64,000 nucleotides of DNA from Bacteroidia bacterium (lineage in GTDB: Bacteria > Bacteroidota > Bacteroidia > 2-12-FULL-35-15), in assembly GCA_030654175.1 (NCBI GenBank), contig JAURXZ010000049.1:92334-156333 (forward strand). The letters run 5' to 3'. How positions within the stretch are numbered: the stretch's first letter is position 1; every line of letters starts with the position of its first letter. A program made the position numbers and the translations under genes. Positions 18,253 through 28,346 of this stretch are shown here, in pieces. The notes beneath the pieces were generated by a model that had not been told where the DNA came from, searched no databases, and saw nothing but the letters and a program-made list of their open reading frames with translations.

Positions 18253-20427
18253 TTAAATTCGTATACCGATCACTAATATATCATCGATCTGTTCACGAGC
18301 CCCTCTCCATTTTTCTATAAAATCAGAAAGAAAAATTTCCTGTTCGGTCATTGATTTTCGCTGTACGCCTATAAGAAGCTCTTTGAATCGGGACGTCATT
18401 AATTTATTGTCTATATCGCTGAATTGGTCAGCATATCCATCAGAGGAAATATAAATACATTCTCCTTTCGATAATGAAATTTTATGATTTGTAAATTTCC
18501 TTTCTGTTTCAGATTGCCAGCCACCAATAGCAAATTTGTCACCTTTTGTTTCTGTTAATTGTGGGAGCATTTCATTATCAATTAGTAATTCTCCATTATC
18601 AATTTTTCTTACGATCCACAAAGGTCTTTGTGCACCTGCAAATTCAATTTCTGTTTGGCTATTAAAAGTAATAATGGCAATATCCATTCCGTCCTTCGTT
18701 TCATTTTGTTCTTCCTGATTTAATGTTTTTCGGATTTCTTTGTGCAGGTGATTCAGTATTTCGTCAGGAGAAGTAATTCCTTTTTCATTCACGATCTGAT
18801 TCAGTATATTGTTACCGATCATACTCATCAAAGCTCCAGGTACCCCGTGTCCGGTGCAATCGCAAGCTGCAATTATTTTTTTATTGTTCTTTTCAGCAAA
18901 CCAAAAAAAATCTCCGCTTACAATGTCTTTTGGTTTAAATAATATAAATGAATCCGGAAAAAGTTTGTTTTTCAGTTCATTTGAAGGAAGGATGGCTTCC
19001 TGTATCGTTTTAGCATAGTTGATACTATCAGTAATGTCTTTATTCTTTTCTTCAATAACCTTTTTTTGTTCAACAATTTCCGAAGTACGTTCTTTAACCT
19101 GAATTTCAAGTGTTTCCTTTTGTGTTTCTAATATTTTCTGCTTTTCTTTTTCCTGTTCAATGCTTTTTTCTGAAAGGGTTTCAACTTCAACAAGTTTTTT
19201 CTCCAGATTGTTATTCGTCATTGCGAATTGCCTTGCAAGGTATACCGACATAGAGACAGGAATACTTATCAATGCCAGAAAAATCAAAACAATAAAAAAA
19301 ATGGAATGAATTGAAAAATTGCTATTCGCCATAATTACAATAAGAATAAACCCTAAAAAAAGCAAGAAAATAAGAGATCCTGTTCCAATGATCCATGCAC
19401 CATCTATTTTTTTTCTGATGGACTTGATGACCATAAAGAACGAAGCTACAACTGTACTTATAATGAAACTAAAAAGTAAATATTCTGTAAAATTGTTGTT
19501 ACGGAAAATCAATGCAATGAGCAATGCGATCAAAATTAGAGTCGAGAACCAAAAATATTTGGTGACTGGCCTTTTAAAGAGAGAATAATGCAGTACAAGC
19601 AGGGCATAAAAAAATGAGCTCAGAAAAAACCAAAAATAGTAATTGAGTGTTATGGTGAGCTCGGGGTTAAATGAATTGAAGCTGATTGTTGGAATAAAAA
19701 AAATGGATCCAAATAAAAAAACAAATATGCTATAGTACAGATTTGTTATATGTTTTCTATAAAAGAGAAAAAACAATAGGTGCACAAAACCCAGCGATAA
19801 AAAGAATATTCCAAGTACCACAGCAATTGAAGTAATAATAATGCGGGTAACAAATTTTTCTTTAACGGAATCGTCTTGTTTGGCAATTTTGATTGTGAAG
19901 CCCGGATTATTTGTATGGTATTTTTCAAAATAGTTTTGATAATCTAAATTAGAATACCTTATTGCCAGGATGTGCTCTCCTGCCGTAGCATTACTGAAAG
20001 TAAGAGGGATTTCGTTTGGATTGTATTTTTTTTCTGTATTTGGATTTGCAGAAACCGTTCCCAACGAATGAATAAGTTTACCATCCAGAAAAATTTGTGA
20101 TGCACCATCCTGGTTCACCAATAGGGCCAATGGTGTATCCTTTAAAGAAGAATCTATGTAAATATGAATCCTGAACCAGCCAATGCCTTTGAAATCAGTT
20201 GAATCGTTTTCATCAAATTTTAAACTCGTATTTATTGTACCCCAGGTGCTATCGTTAAAATATGAAGATGCCCAGGTAGAATCATCTCCATTGTGGAATT
20301 TCCAGAATTTATCAAGAGCAATTGTCTCGATAGAATCTATTTTGGGTATCCTTAAAACATTTTTATTTTGAGCCGGCAGTAAAGCAGCGATTGAGAAGAA
20401 ACAAAGTAAGAGAAGGATTTTTTTCAT
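18253..20427 (-). CDS. Paralogous 7TM PP2C/SpoIIE phosphatase
   Basis: Same architecture and motifs as its neighbour. Confidence 0.88.
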   Translation of the reverse strand: MKKILLLLCFFSIAALLPAQNKNVLRIPKIDSIETIALDKFWKFHNGDDSTWASSYFNDSTWGTINTSLKFDENDSTDFKGIGWFRIHIYIDSSLKDTPLALLVNQDGASQIFLDGKLIHSLGTVSANPNTEKKYNPNEIPLTFSNATAGEHILAIRYSNLDYQNYFEKYHTNNPGFTIKIAKQDDSVKEKFVTRIIITSIAVVLGIFFLSLGFVHLLFFLFYRKHITNLYYSIFVFLFGSIFFIPTISFNSFNPELTITLNYYFWFFLSSFFYALLVLHYSLFKRPVTKYFWFSTLILIALLIALIFRNNNFTEYLLFSFIISTVVASFFMVIKSIRKKIDGAWIIGTGSLIFLLFLGFILIVIMANSNFSIHSIFFIVLIFLALISIPVSMSVYLARQFAMTNNNLEKKLVEVETLSEKSIEQEKEKQKILETQKETLEIQVKERTSEIVEQKKVIEEKNKDITDSINYAKTIQEAILPSNELKNKLFPDSFILFKPKDIVSGDFFWFAEKNNKKIIAACDCTGHGVPGALMSMIGNNILNQIVNEKGITSPDEILNHLHKEIRKTLNQEEQNETKDGMDIAIITFNSQTEIEFAGAQRPLWIVRKIDNGELLIDNEMLPQLTETKGDKFAIGGWQSETERKFTNHKISLSKGECIYISSDGYADQFSDIDNKLMTSRFKELLIGVQRKSMTEQEIFLSDFIEKWRGAREQIDDILVIGIRI

Positions 20428-20546
20428 TGTTCTTCAAATATAATACATTATAATTTTATGAAGGAAAAAATGGTAGAATTCATTCTCGCTGAAATTTAAT
20501 ATACATTTCAATGCCACTGATTTTACTTATTAGTTTTTATAGGGAA

Positions 20547-20643
20547 TGTTATCCCGATCCTGTTTTTACAGGAGAGGGATCTTGTCAATTATTGGCAGGA
20601 TTATTAAAAAAAAGCAGGATCCCTCCTTAGAAACTAGGGATAA
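20547..20643. repeat. REP-like bipartite inverted repeat
   Basis: TGTTATCCCGA..GAGGGATCT ... GGATCCCTC..AGGGATAA. Confidence 0.6.
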
Positions 20644-20789
20644 AAGAAGGATACTCTTTCGCGAGATTAGAGCATACGTAGCACATTCAGTGTCAAATTA
20701 AAATAAAAGGGTATTTATCCAACATTATAATTTTTTTCTCGTACAAATGAATAATCTTTTGAAAAGCTCCAAACTTAATCCAGAAAGAT

Positions 20790-23700
20790 ATGAAAAACTC
20801 TACTATTAATTCCCGGATACTTTGTTGCAAATGGTTAATAGGATTGTTACTTGTTGTTTTCTTTTTTAGTGATTTTCAAAAGCTACAAGCGCAATGTACA
20901 GCACCTGTTGCGAACTCATCACCGTCTTCTCAAACTATTTGCTCCGGAACTTCCCCCTCAATTGTTTTGTCAAGTAATATTTCTGGAACCACTTTTTCAT
21001 GGACAGTTCTTCAAAATGGCGTTTCAGGTGGCAATAATTTTTCTTTAATAACATCACAAATTTTAACTGCAACCGGCACTAATGCCGGTACCGCTGTGTA
21101 TACAGTCACTCCCTCTGCTAATGGTTGCACAGGTTCACCCATAACAGTTACTATAACTGTTATGGGCGTAGTAAGCGGTGGTACCATTGCTGCCGCTCAA
21201 ACAATATGCAATGGAGGAGACCCCGCTGCTTTTACAGAAAGTACGCCATCTAGCGGTTCCGGTACACTTACATACGAGTGGAAATTCAGCACCGATGGGT
21301 TTGCTGCGACTTTGGCAACAACTCCAACGTATGATATTCCAGCAGGTGTGAATGCTTCTGCCTATTACAGGCGAATAACTACAAATACATTAAACGGCTT
21401 AAGTTGTACTGTTAACAGTAACGATATAATAGTTACAGTAATTTCAAAACCAACTGTACTTACTGTGAACCAGACTTTATGCCCTCCTGCAACTGCGGAT
21501 ATTACCTCACCATCAGTTACCTTAGGTTCCACTGGTGGCTTAACCTATTCTTACTATACAGATGCCTTGGCAACAATTTCTTATGCCACTCCTTCAGCCG
21601 CAACAGCTGCAACATATTATATTGTTGGCATAGCTGGAGGAGGTTGCTCTGATACAACAGCAGTAAGTGTAACTGCAAGCCAATTTCCTGTTGCTATCGC
21701 TAGCCCTTCTTCTCAAACTATTTGCGATTGCGGTGTAGCTGCGATAGCATTGTCAAGTAATATTTCTGGAACCACTTTTTCCTGGACTGTAATGCAATCA
21801 GGAGTTTCCGGAGCTTCGGCTGGATCTGGGAGTACAATAGCACAAATGTTATGTACAACTGGTCCTTTTGTAAGTAATGCAATTTATACAATTACCCCTA
21901 CTGCTAATGGTTGTGTAGGAAATTCAATAAATGATACGATAACAATTACCCCATCCCTTAATGTTATTGCTACACCTCAGGCACAAACTGTATGCTCTGG
22001 AAATAGCACATTAATTGCTTTAAGCAGTAATGTCTCGGGTACTGTCTTTTCATGGACCGTGGCTCAAACAGGCGTTACAGGTGGTGCTACAGGAACAGGT
22101 AATACAATTTCACAATCATTATCAACCACCGGGACTATTGCAGGAACTGCTGTTTATACTATTACTCCTTCGTTAAACGGATGTGCCGGAACTGCTATTA
22201 ATGTTTCAATTACCATTAATATTAATGATGATGCATCTTTTTCTTACCCATCAGCAACCCATTGCCAAACAGGCACTAACCCAACACCATCTATTACTGG
22301 TTTGGCAGGAGGTGCATTTTCATCAAGCCCAGCTGGTTTACAAATTAATTCATCAACAGGTATAATTGATTTAGCAACAAGTTCACTGGGTACATATTCT
22401 GTTACCTATACAACAAATGGTATTTGCCCGAATACAAATTCAATAACAATGACGATTACGGTCGCACCTTCTGCGAGTTTCAGTTATACAGGTTCTCCGT
22501 TTTGTAAAAATGTAAATAATCCTTTTCCAACATTTGCTTCAGGCGCAAGCGCGGGTGCATTTTCTGCTATTCCTACAGGCTTGGTTTTTGTAAATGTGAA
22601 TACAGGTGAGATTGATTTAGCGGCAAGTATGTCAGGAACCTATACCATTACTAATACCATTCCTGCAAATGGGGGATGTGCCGCTGCAATCGCAACAACT
22701 ACGGTTATAATAAACGCTATGGATGATGCAGCTTTTGCTTATTCATCAGGAACCTATTGTACATCCGGTACTAATCCAAGTCCCACAATAACGGGCTTAG
22801 CCGGAGGAACGTTTTCATCTGTTCCGGCAGGTTTATCAATTAATCCATCAACAGGTACAATCAGTTTATCTACAAGTTCATTGGGTGCATATACCCTTAC
22901 CTATACAACAAATGGTAATTGCCCAAATACTAATTCATCAACTAATACTGTTATAGCCACACCATCCGCTAATTTTAGTTATTCGGGTTCTCCATTTTGT
23001 CAAAATGCAAATAATTCATTTCCAACATTCGGTTCAGGTGCAAGCGCTGGTACATTTTCATCTACTCCTTCAGGCTTGGCTTTTGTAAATGTGAATACTG
23101 GCGAGATTGATTTATTTGTAAGCCTACCGGGAACCTATACAATTACAAATACAATACCTGCAAATGGTGGATGTGCCGGTGTAATCGCGACAACTACAAC
23201 TACTATAATTCCTATGGATGATGCTTCTTTTACATATTCTTCAGGAACCCATTGCACATCAGGCAATAACCCAAGTGCAACAATAACTGGATTACCCGGA
23301 GGCTCGTTTTCATCTGTTCCGGCAGGTTTAACAATTAATCCATCAACGGGCATGATTGATTTAGCACTAAGTGCAGCAGGCACATATTCTGTTACCTATA
23401 CAACAAATGGTAATTGCCCCAATACAAATTCTATAACTATTACTATTACAGTTGCTCCTTCTACAAATTTCAGTTATTTCGGTTCTCCGTACTGCCAATA
23501 TTCAAATAATCCATTGCCAGGATTCGGCTTTGGTGCAAGCGCAGGTATATTTTCAGCCACTCCTTCAGGTTTAGTATTTGTAAACGTGAATACCGGCCTG
23601 ATTGATATAGTTTTAAGCGCCCCCGGCATTTATACTATTACAAATAACATTCCTGCAAATGGAGGATGTGCCTCTGCAAGTTCAACGGCTATGATTCAAA

Positions 23701-25109
23701 TTAACAGTTGCGGTATAATAACCGGTTCTGTGTATAAAGACAATAATGCCAATTGTATAATGGATTCAGGCGATCTAGGCATGTATCATATTCCTGTAAA
23801 GCTATATGACAATAATAATAATTTCTTAAGCATAAGATACCCTTGGAATGGTAGTTATCAATTTTTAGCACCTTTAGGAACTTACTCAGTTAAAATTGAT
23901 ACTGCAAACCTTCCATTTACGGTTCAATGTCTTTATCCGGGAATTGATACTATCCTTAACTTAACCGGTGGAAATCCAGCAGCTACCAATGTTAATTTTG
24001 GAATTGTTTGTAAATCAGGGTTTGATGTGGGGGTTGGTGGGGTGTTTCCATCTGGAACTGTTTTTCCTGGAGTACAGCATAAATTGCAGATTGGCGCAGG
24101 TGATATGGTCCAAATGAATTGGTATTGGTATAATTTTAGTTGTGCAGCAGCAATTAGTGGCCAGGTGCAGGTTACAGTGACTGGTCCTGTCACATATAAT
24201 GGCATTGTTCCAGGGGCACTTACGCCATCTGTATCTGCTAATGTCTTTACTTACTCCATAGCAGACTTTGACCAAATAAATAATTGGCAAGATTTCAGAT
24301 TAAAGTTTACCACAAATACTTCTGCACAAGCAGGAGACCAAATATGTGTGAATGTTGTCGTTACGCCAACCATTGGAGATAATAATGTAAGTAACAATAC
24401 CTTTTACTTTTGCTACCTCGTTGGGAACTCCTACGATCCCAATATGAAAGAAGTATATCCTGTAAATGTAGCACCAGCTTACCAGGATTGGTTTACCTAT
24501 ACTATTCACTTTCAAAACACAGGCAATGCTCCTGCTATGAATATTCGTTTAGCAGATACACTGGATGCTAATTTAGATTTTGAAACATTCGAGGTAATTA
24601 ATTACAGTGATTCAATAGACGTTTCATTGGATAATAATTTGCTGAATTTCCATTTTCCAAATATTATGTTACCTGATAGTACCAGTGATCCTGAAGGTTC
24701 TAAAGGCTATGTACAATATCGTGTAAAGCCGAAAGCAAATTTACCGGCCGGTACACAAATAAAAAATACAGCCTATATTTATTTTGATTACAATGCCCCT
24801 ATTGTGACCAACACTACAATAAATGAATTTGTAGAGCCTGCTTCAATAAGTGAAAATAAATCATCAGGTACTTTAAGTGTATATCCAAATCCCGGTAATG
24901 GTAAGTTTAAAATACAAATGGACAATGGACAATTATCAATGGACAATTATCAATTATCAATTTATAGTGTTCTCGGAGAGAAAATTTTTCAATCTGAGAT
25001 CAAAAATCTGAAATCCGAAATTGATATAAGCCATCAGCCGAATGGCATTTATATCATAAGAGTAAATGATGGTATTCAATCGCTAAATCATCGTTTAATA
25101 AAGCAGTAG
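20790..25109 (+). CDS. Large T9SS-secreted surface protein (PKD/Ig-like repeats, DUF11/DUF7619-like region, type A CTD)
   Basis: Signal peptide; three 'QT(I/V)C...FSWTV' units; three 165-aa repeats; SYDPN.K...YTIHFQNTG...YFDYN.PIVTN; VYPNP...GIYII C-terminus. Confidence 0.88.
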   Translation: MKNSTINSRILCCKWLIGLLLVVFFFSDFQKLQAQCTAPVANSSPSSQTICSGTSPSIVLSSNISGTTFSWTVLQNGVSGGNNFSLITSQILTATGTNAGTAVYTVTPSANGCTGSPITVTITVMGVVSGGTIAAAQTICNGGDPAAFTESTPSSGSGTLTYEWKFSTDGFAATLATTPTYDIPAGVNASAYYRRITTNTLNGLSCTVNSNDIIVTVISKPTVLTVNQTLCPPATADITSPSVTLGSTGGLTYSYYTDALATISYATPSAATAATYYIVGIAGGGCSDTTAVSVTASQFPVAIASPSSQTICDCGVAAIALSSNISGTTFSWTVMQSGVSGASAGSGSTIAQMLCTTGPFVSNAIYTITPTANGCVGNSINDTITITPSLNVIATPQAQTVCSGNSTLIALSSNVSGTVFSWTVAQTGVTGGATGTGNTISQSLSTTGTIAGTAVYTITPSLNGCAGTAINVSITININDDASFSYPSATHCQTGTNPTPSITGLAGGAFSSSPAGLQINSSTGIIDLATSSLGTYSVTYTTNGICPNTNSITMTITVAPSASFSYTGSPFCKNVNNPFPTFASGASAGAFSAIPTGLVFVNVNTGEIDLAASMSGTYTITNTIPANGGCAAAIATTTVIINAMDDAAFAYSSGTYCTSGTNPSPTITGLAGGTFSSVPAGLSINPSTGTISLSTSSLGAYTLTYTTNGNCPNTNSSTNTVIATPSANFSYSGSPFCQNANNSFPTFGSGASAGTFSSTPSGLAFVNVNTGEIDLFVSLPGTYTITNTIPANGGCAGVIATTTTTIIPMDDASFTYSSGTHCTSGNNPSATITGLPGGSFSSVPAGLTINPSTGMIDLALSAAGTYSVTYTTNGNCPNTNSITITITVAPSTNFSYFGSPYCQYSNNPLPGFGFGASAGIFSATPSGLVFVNVNTGLIDIVLSAPGIYTITNNIPANGGCASASSTAMIQINSCGIITGSVYKDNNANCIMDSGDLGMYHIPVKLYDNNNNFLSIRYPWNGSYQFLAPLGTYSVKIDTANLPFTVQCLYPGIDTILNLTGGNPAATNVNFGIVCKSGFDVGVGGVFPSGTVFPGVQHKLQIGAGDMVQMNWYWYNFSCAAAISGQVQVTVTGPVTYNGIVPGALTPSVSANVFTYSIADFDQINNWQDFRLKFTTNTSAQAGDQICVNVVVTPTIGDNNVSNNTFYFCYLVGNSYDPNMKEVYPVNVAPAYQDWFTYTIHFQNTGNAPAMNIRLADTLDANLDFETFEVINYSDSIDVSLDNNLLNFHFPNIMLPDSTSDPEGSKGYVQYRVKPKANLPAGTQIKNTAYIYFDYNAPIVTNTTINEFVEPASISENKSSGTLSVYPNPGNGKFKIQMDNGQLSMDNYQLSIYSVLGEKIFQSEIKNLKSEIDISHQPNGIYIIRVNDGIQSLNHRLIKQ
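22227..23711 (+). repeat. Three tandem 495-bp intragenic repeats
   Basis: DDA.F starts at 22227, 22722 and 23217. Confidence 0.9.
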
Positions 25110-25197
25110 AGGGCGAAGCGAAAAAAATGTTGAACTAAGATATTCAAAGTTGTTGGCAAGTATATATTAATGTATTCGAACTTTCTTTCAATGTAAA

Positions 25198-25319
25198 ATG
25201 CTGCGTTAGGGATTCCTTCGACAAGCGCTCAGGATAAATTTCGCGGAAATCCTTTTCTCCTTAGAAAAGATTGAAGCGTAAAGCCCGCCCCTTTCTTTTT
25301 TCAAGAAAGGAGAACGCCC
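25198..25319 (+). ncRNA. Flavo-1-like structured repeat, copy 3 (interrupted by a REP-like insert)
   Basis: Homologous to the other copies, with CCTTCGACAAGCGCTCAGGATAAATTTC replacing GCA. Confidence 0.65.
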
Positions 25320-25392
25320 AAAGAATTAAAATTTAACAGTCGGAATTATTTCCTAAAATTTTAAATCAAATTATATTTGATAATATATAATT

Positions 25393-26676
25393 TTACGAAT
25401 AAAAAATATATTCCTGCAACATATAGCACAAAGCCCCGGCAAAGTAACCAATGGCCGCTAACCATGCTATTTTTTTTAAATACCACATAAAATCAATTCT
25501 TTCCATACCCATGGCTGCAACACCTGCTGCAGAACCAATAATTAAAATACTTCCACCTGTACCGGCACAATATGCTAAAAATTCCCAAATGTATGAATCA
25601 GTAGGATAAGAAGTTAGATCATACATCCCCATTGAAGCAGCTACAAGTGGCACATTATCAACAATTGCTGATAATAATCCGATGGCAGGAACTATAATAT
25701 TGAGGTTACCTATTCTTTCATTCATTACTTGTGCAAGTGTTGCAAGTTGTCCGGTTGATTGCAATGCAGCAATGGCGATCAATATTCCCAGAAAAAATAA
25801 AATGCTTGGAACATCTATTCTGCGTAATGCGTGCACTACTGATAAGGCATCCTTTTCTTCTTCATCTTTTTGACTATGTATCATTTCAGTTACAACCCAT
25901 AAAATACCTAGAGATAATAAAACTCCCATGAATGGAGGGAGATGGGTAATTGTTTTAAAAACCGGAACAAAGATTAATCCGCCTAATCCGGTGAAAAATA
26001 TAATATTTCTTTCATTTAATGTTAGGGTTATGCCTGTTTTTATTGGTGTTAAAACAGATTTAGTGATGTTTCCTTTTAATTTAAATGAAGCAATGATCAA
26101 TGGAACAATTAAACATATTAAACTAGGTGCAATAAGTTTTGCAATTATATTTGATGCTGAAACTTGTCCTCCAATCCAAAGCATGGTGGTGGTCACATCT
26201 CCAATAGGGCTCCAGGCTCCGCCTGCATTTGCAGCAATTATAACCATCCCTATAAAAAATAAACGATCCTCCCTGTTGTCAATTAATTTTCGCAGCAGCG
26301 AAACCATCACAATGGCTGTTGTTAAATTATCAAGTAAAGCGGATAGAATAAAGGTGATGAAGCAGATGATCCAAAGTAATTTACGTTTATTGAGGGTGGT
26401 AATGTTTGTGGTTATTATATCAAAACCATCATGTGCATCAATCAATTCTACAATGGTCATTGCACCCATCAGGAAGAAAAGAATTCCGGATAATTCGCCT
26501 AAATGTCCAGTAAGCTGTTCGGTTATCAGGTGTTTATCGCTGCCAAAAAGGATATAAACTGTCCAGCAAAATACTCCTGTAAGCAAAGCGGTTGCCGTTT
26601 TGTTTATTTTTATTGAGTGCTCAAAGGCAATTGCTAAGTACCCTAGAATAAATATGCTGATAATGATCAAATGCAT
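25393..26676 (-). CDS. nhaD: Na+/H+ antiporter NhaD family
   Basis: LDNLTT, AANAGGAWSPIGDVTT, VDNVPLVA, GTGGS..IIGSAAGV. Confidence 0.9.
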   Translation of the reverse strand: MHLIIISIFILGYLAIAFEHSIKINKTATALLTGVFCWTVYILFGSDKHLITEQLTGHLGELSGILFFLMGAMTIVELIDAHDGFDIITTNITTLNKRKLLWIICFITFILSALLDNLTTAIVMVSLLRKLIDNREDRLFFIGMVIIAANAGGAWSPIGDVTTTMLWIGGQVSASNIIAKLIAPSLICLIVPLIIASFKLKGNITKSVLTPIKTGITLTLNERNIIFFTGLGGLIFVPVFKTITHLPPFMGVLLSLGILWVVTEMIHSQKDEEEKDALSVVHALRRIDVPSILFFLGILIAIAALQSTGQLATLAQVMNERIGNLNIIVPAIGLLSAIVDNVPLVAASMGMYDLTSYPTDSYIWEFLAYCAGTGGSILIIGSAAGVAAMGMERIDFMWYLKKIAWLAAIGYFAGALCYMLQEYIFYS

Positions 26677-26792
26677 TGCTTAATAGTATTTTTTGTTTGT
26701 AAAAATAGTAAAACTGAATCCATATTTTTGGATTTATAAATAAAACTTGTATATATTTGGAATTCATTCAAAAATTTTAAAATCAATATTCT

Positions 26793-28286
26793 ATGGCAAA
26801 CATAAACATTAAAAAACCTCTTCATAAACTGATGGTGGAAGCCTCTGATGATGAAAAGGGATTGAAACGTACACTTACAGCCGGAAATTTAATTGCATTA
26901 GGTATTGGAGCAATTATTGGGGCGGGCTTGTTTGTGAGAACAGCATCAGCAGCTGCTAATAATGCCGGTCCATCAGTAACAATAGGTTTTATTGTTGCAG
27001 CAATTGGTTGTGCATTAGCCGGTCTGTGTTATGCTGAGTTTGCTTCTATGATACCTATTGCTGGTAGTGCTTATACTTATTCTTATGCAACGATGGGTGA
27101 ATTGGTTGCCTGGATCATCGGTTGGGATCTGGTGCTGGAATACGCTTTGGGGGCAGCAACTGTTGGGATCGCCTGGAGTGAATACCTGAATAAGCTGTTG
27201 GAATATTTCGGGATGCGAATACCCTATGAATGGTGCCATTCTCCTTTTGAAAAGTTAACAGATGCGGCCGGAGTGGTAACCAGTCATGGTATGATGAATA
27301 TTCCTGCGTTGTTTATTATTATTTTACTTTCATTCCTCCTTATAAAAGGTACAAAAGAATCAGCATGGGTAAACGGTATAATTGTAATTACTAAAGTTGC
27401 AATTGTAATATTGTTTATTCTTTTTGGCTGGTCATATATTAATCCGCTTAATCATACTCCATATATTCCTGAAGCTACTATTTACACTGATTCATCGGGA
27501 CTAGACCATAGTTATGGTGGAATAATGGGAATATTAGGTGCTGCAGGTGTTGTGTTTTTTGCCTTCATTGGTTTTGATGCTGTTTCAACGGCTGCTCAGG
27601 AAGCAAAGAATCCTAAGCGTGATATGCCTATTGGTATATTAGGTTCATTGGCAATTTGTACTATATTATATATTTTATTTGCACACGTTTTAACAGGCGT
27701 TGCATCGGTTGATGATTTTAGAAATAACGGACGTGAAGCATCTGTTACCTATGCTATAAATACATATATGCTTGAGTATGGTTGGCTTGCTAAATTAGTA
27801 ACTGTTGCAATTTTGGCAGGTTTTTCTTCTGTTATTTTGGTAATGTTAATGGGGCAATCCCGTGTGTTTTATTCAATGAGTGTGGATGGTCTTGTGCCTA
27901 AAATGTTTTCTGATCTGCATCCTAAGTACAGAACCCCTTATAAATCTAATTTATTCTTTTTAGGATTTGTAGGAATATTCGCAGCTTTTGTACCGGGTGA
28001 TATTGTTGGAGATATGACAAGTATCGGAACTTTATTTGCCTTCATTTTAGTATGTGCAGGGGTATGGATCATGCGTGTGAAAAATCCGGATGTTCCCCGT
28101 CAATTCAAAACACCTTTAGTACCTCTTGTTCCAATTTTAGGAATAATTGTTTGTGGTGCAATGATCTTTGGATTAGGCTGGCCAAATTGGGTAAGATTAG
28201 GTATTTGGATGGTGATAGGCATCATCATTTATTTTGCTTACGGTATAAAAAACAGTAAATTAAATAATCCGGATAAGGATAAATAG
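26793..28286 (+). CDS. APC-family amino acid permease (cationic amino acid transporter-like)
   Basis: GAIIGAG, PIAGSAYTY, FFAFIGFD, EAKNPKRD. Confidence 0.9.
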   Translation: MANINIKKPLHKLMVEASDDEKGLKRTLTAGNLIALGIGAIIGAGLFVRTASAAANNAGPSVTIGFIVAAIGCALAGLCYAEFASMIPIAGSAYTYSYATMGELVAWIIGWDLVLEYALGAATVGIAWSEYLNKLLEYFGMRIPYEWCHSPFEKLTDAAGVVTSHGMMNIPALFIIILLSFLLIKGTKESAWVNGIIVITKVAIVILFILFGWSYINPLNHTPYIPEATIYTDSSGLDHSYGGIMGILGAAGVVFFAFIGFDAVSTAAQEAKNPKRDMPIGILGSLAICTILYILFAHVLTGVASVDDFRNNGREASVTYAINTYMLEYGWLAKLVTVAILAGFSSVILVMLMGQSRVFYSMSVDGLVPKMFSDLHPKYRTPYKSNLFFLGFVGIFAAFVPGDIVGDMTSIGTLFAFILVCAGVWIMRVKNPDVPRQFKTPLVPLVPILGIIVCGAMIFGLGWPNWVRLGIWMVIGIIIYFAYGIKNSKLNNPDKDK

Positions 28287-28301
28287 TATTAGTGAAATTT
28301 T

Positions 28302-28331
28302 AAAAAAAGGACGGTTCATTCCGTCCTTTTT
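28302..28331 (+). terminator. Hairpin with T-tract between the two permeases
   Basis: AAAAAGGACGG-ttcatt-CCGTCCTTTTT. Confidence 0.7.
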
Positions 28332-28346
28332 AATTTATCAATAAAT

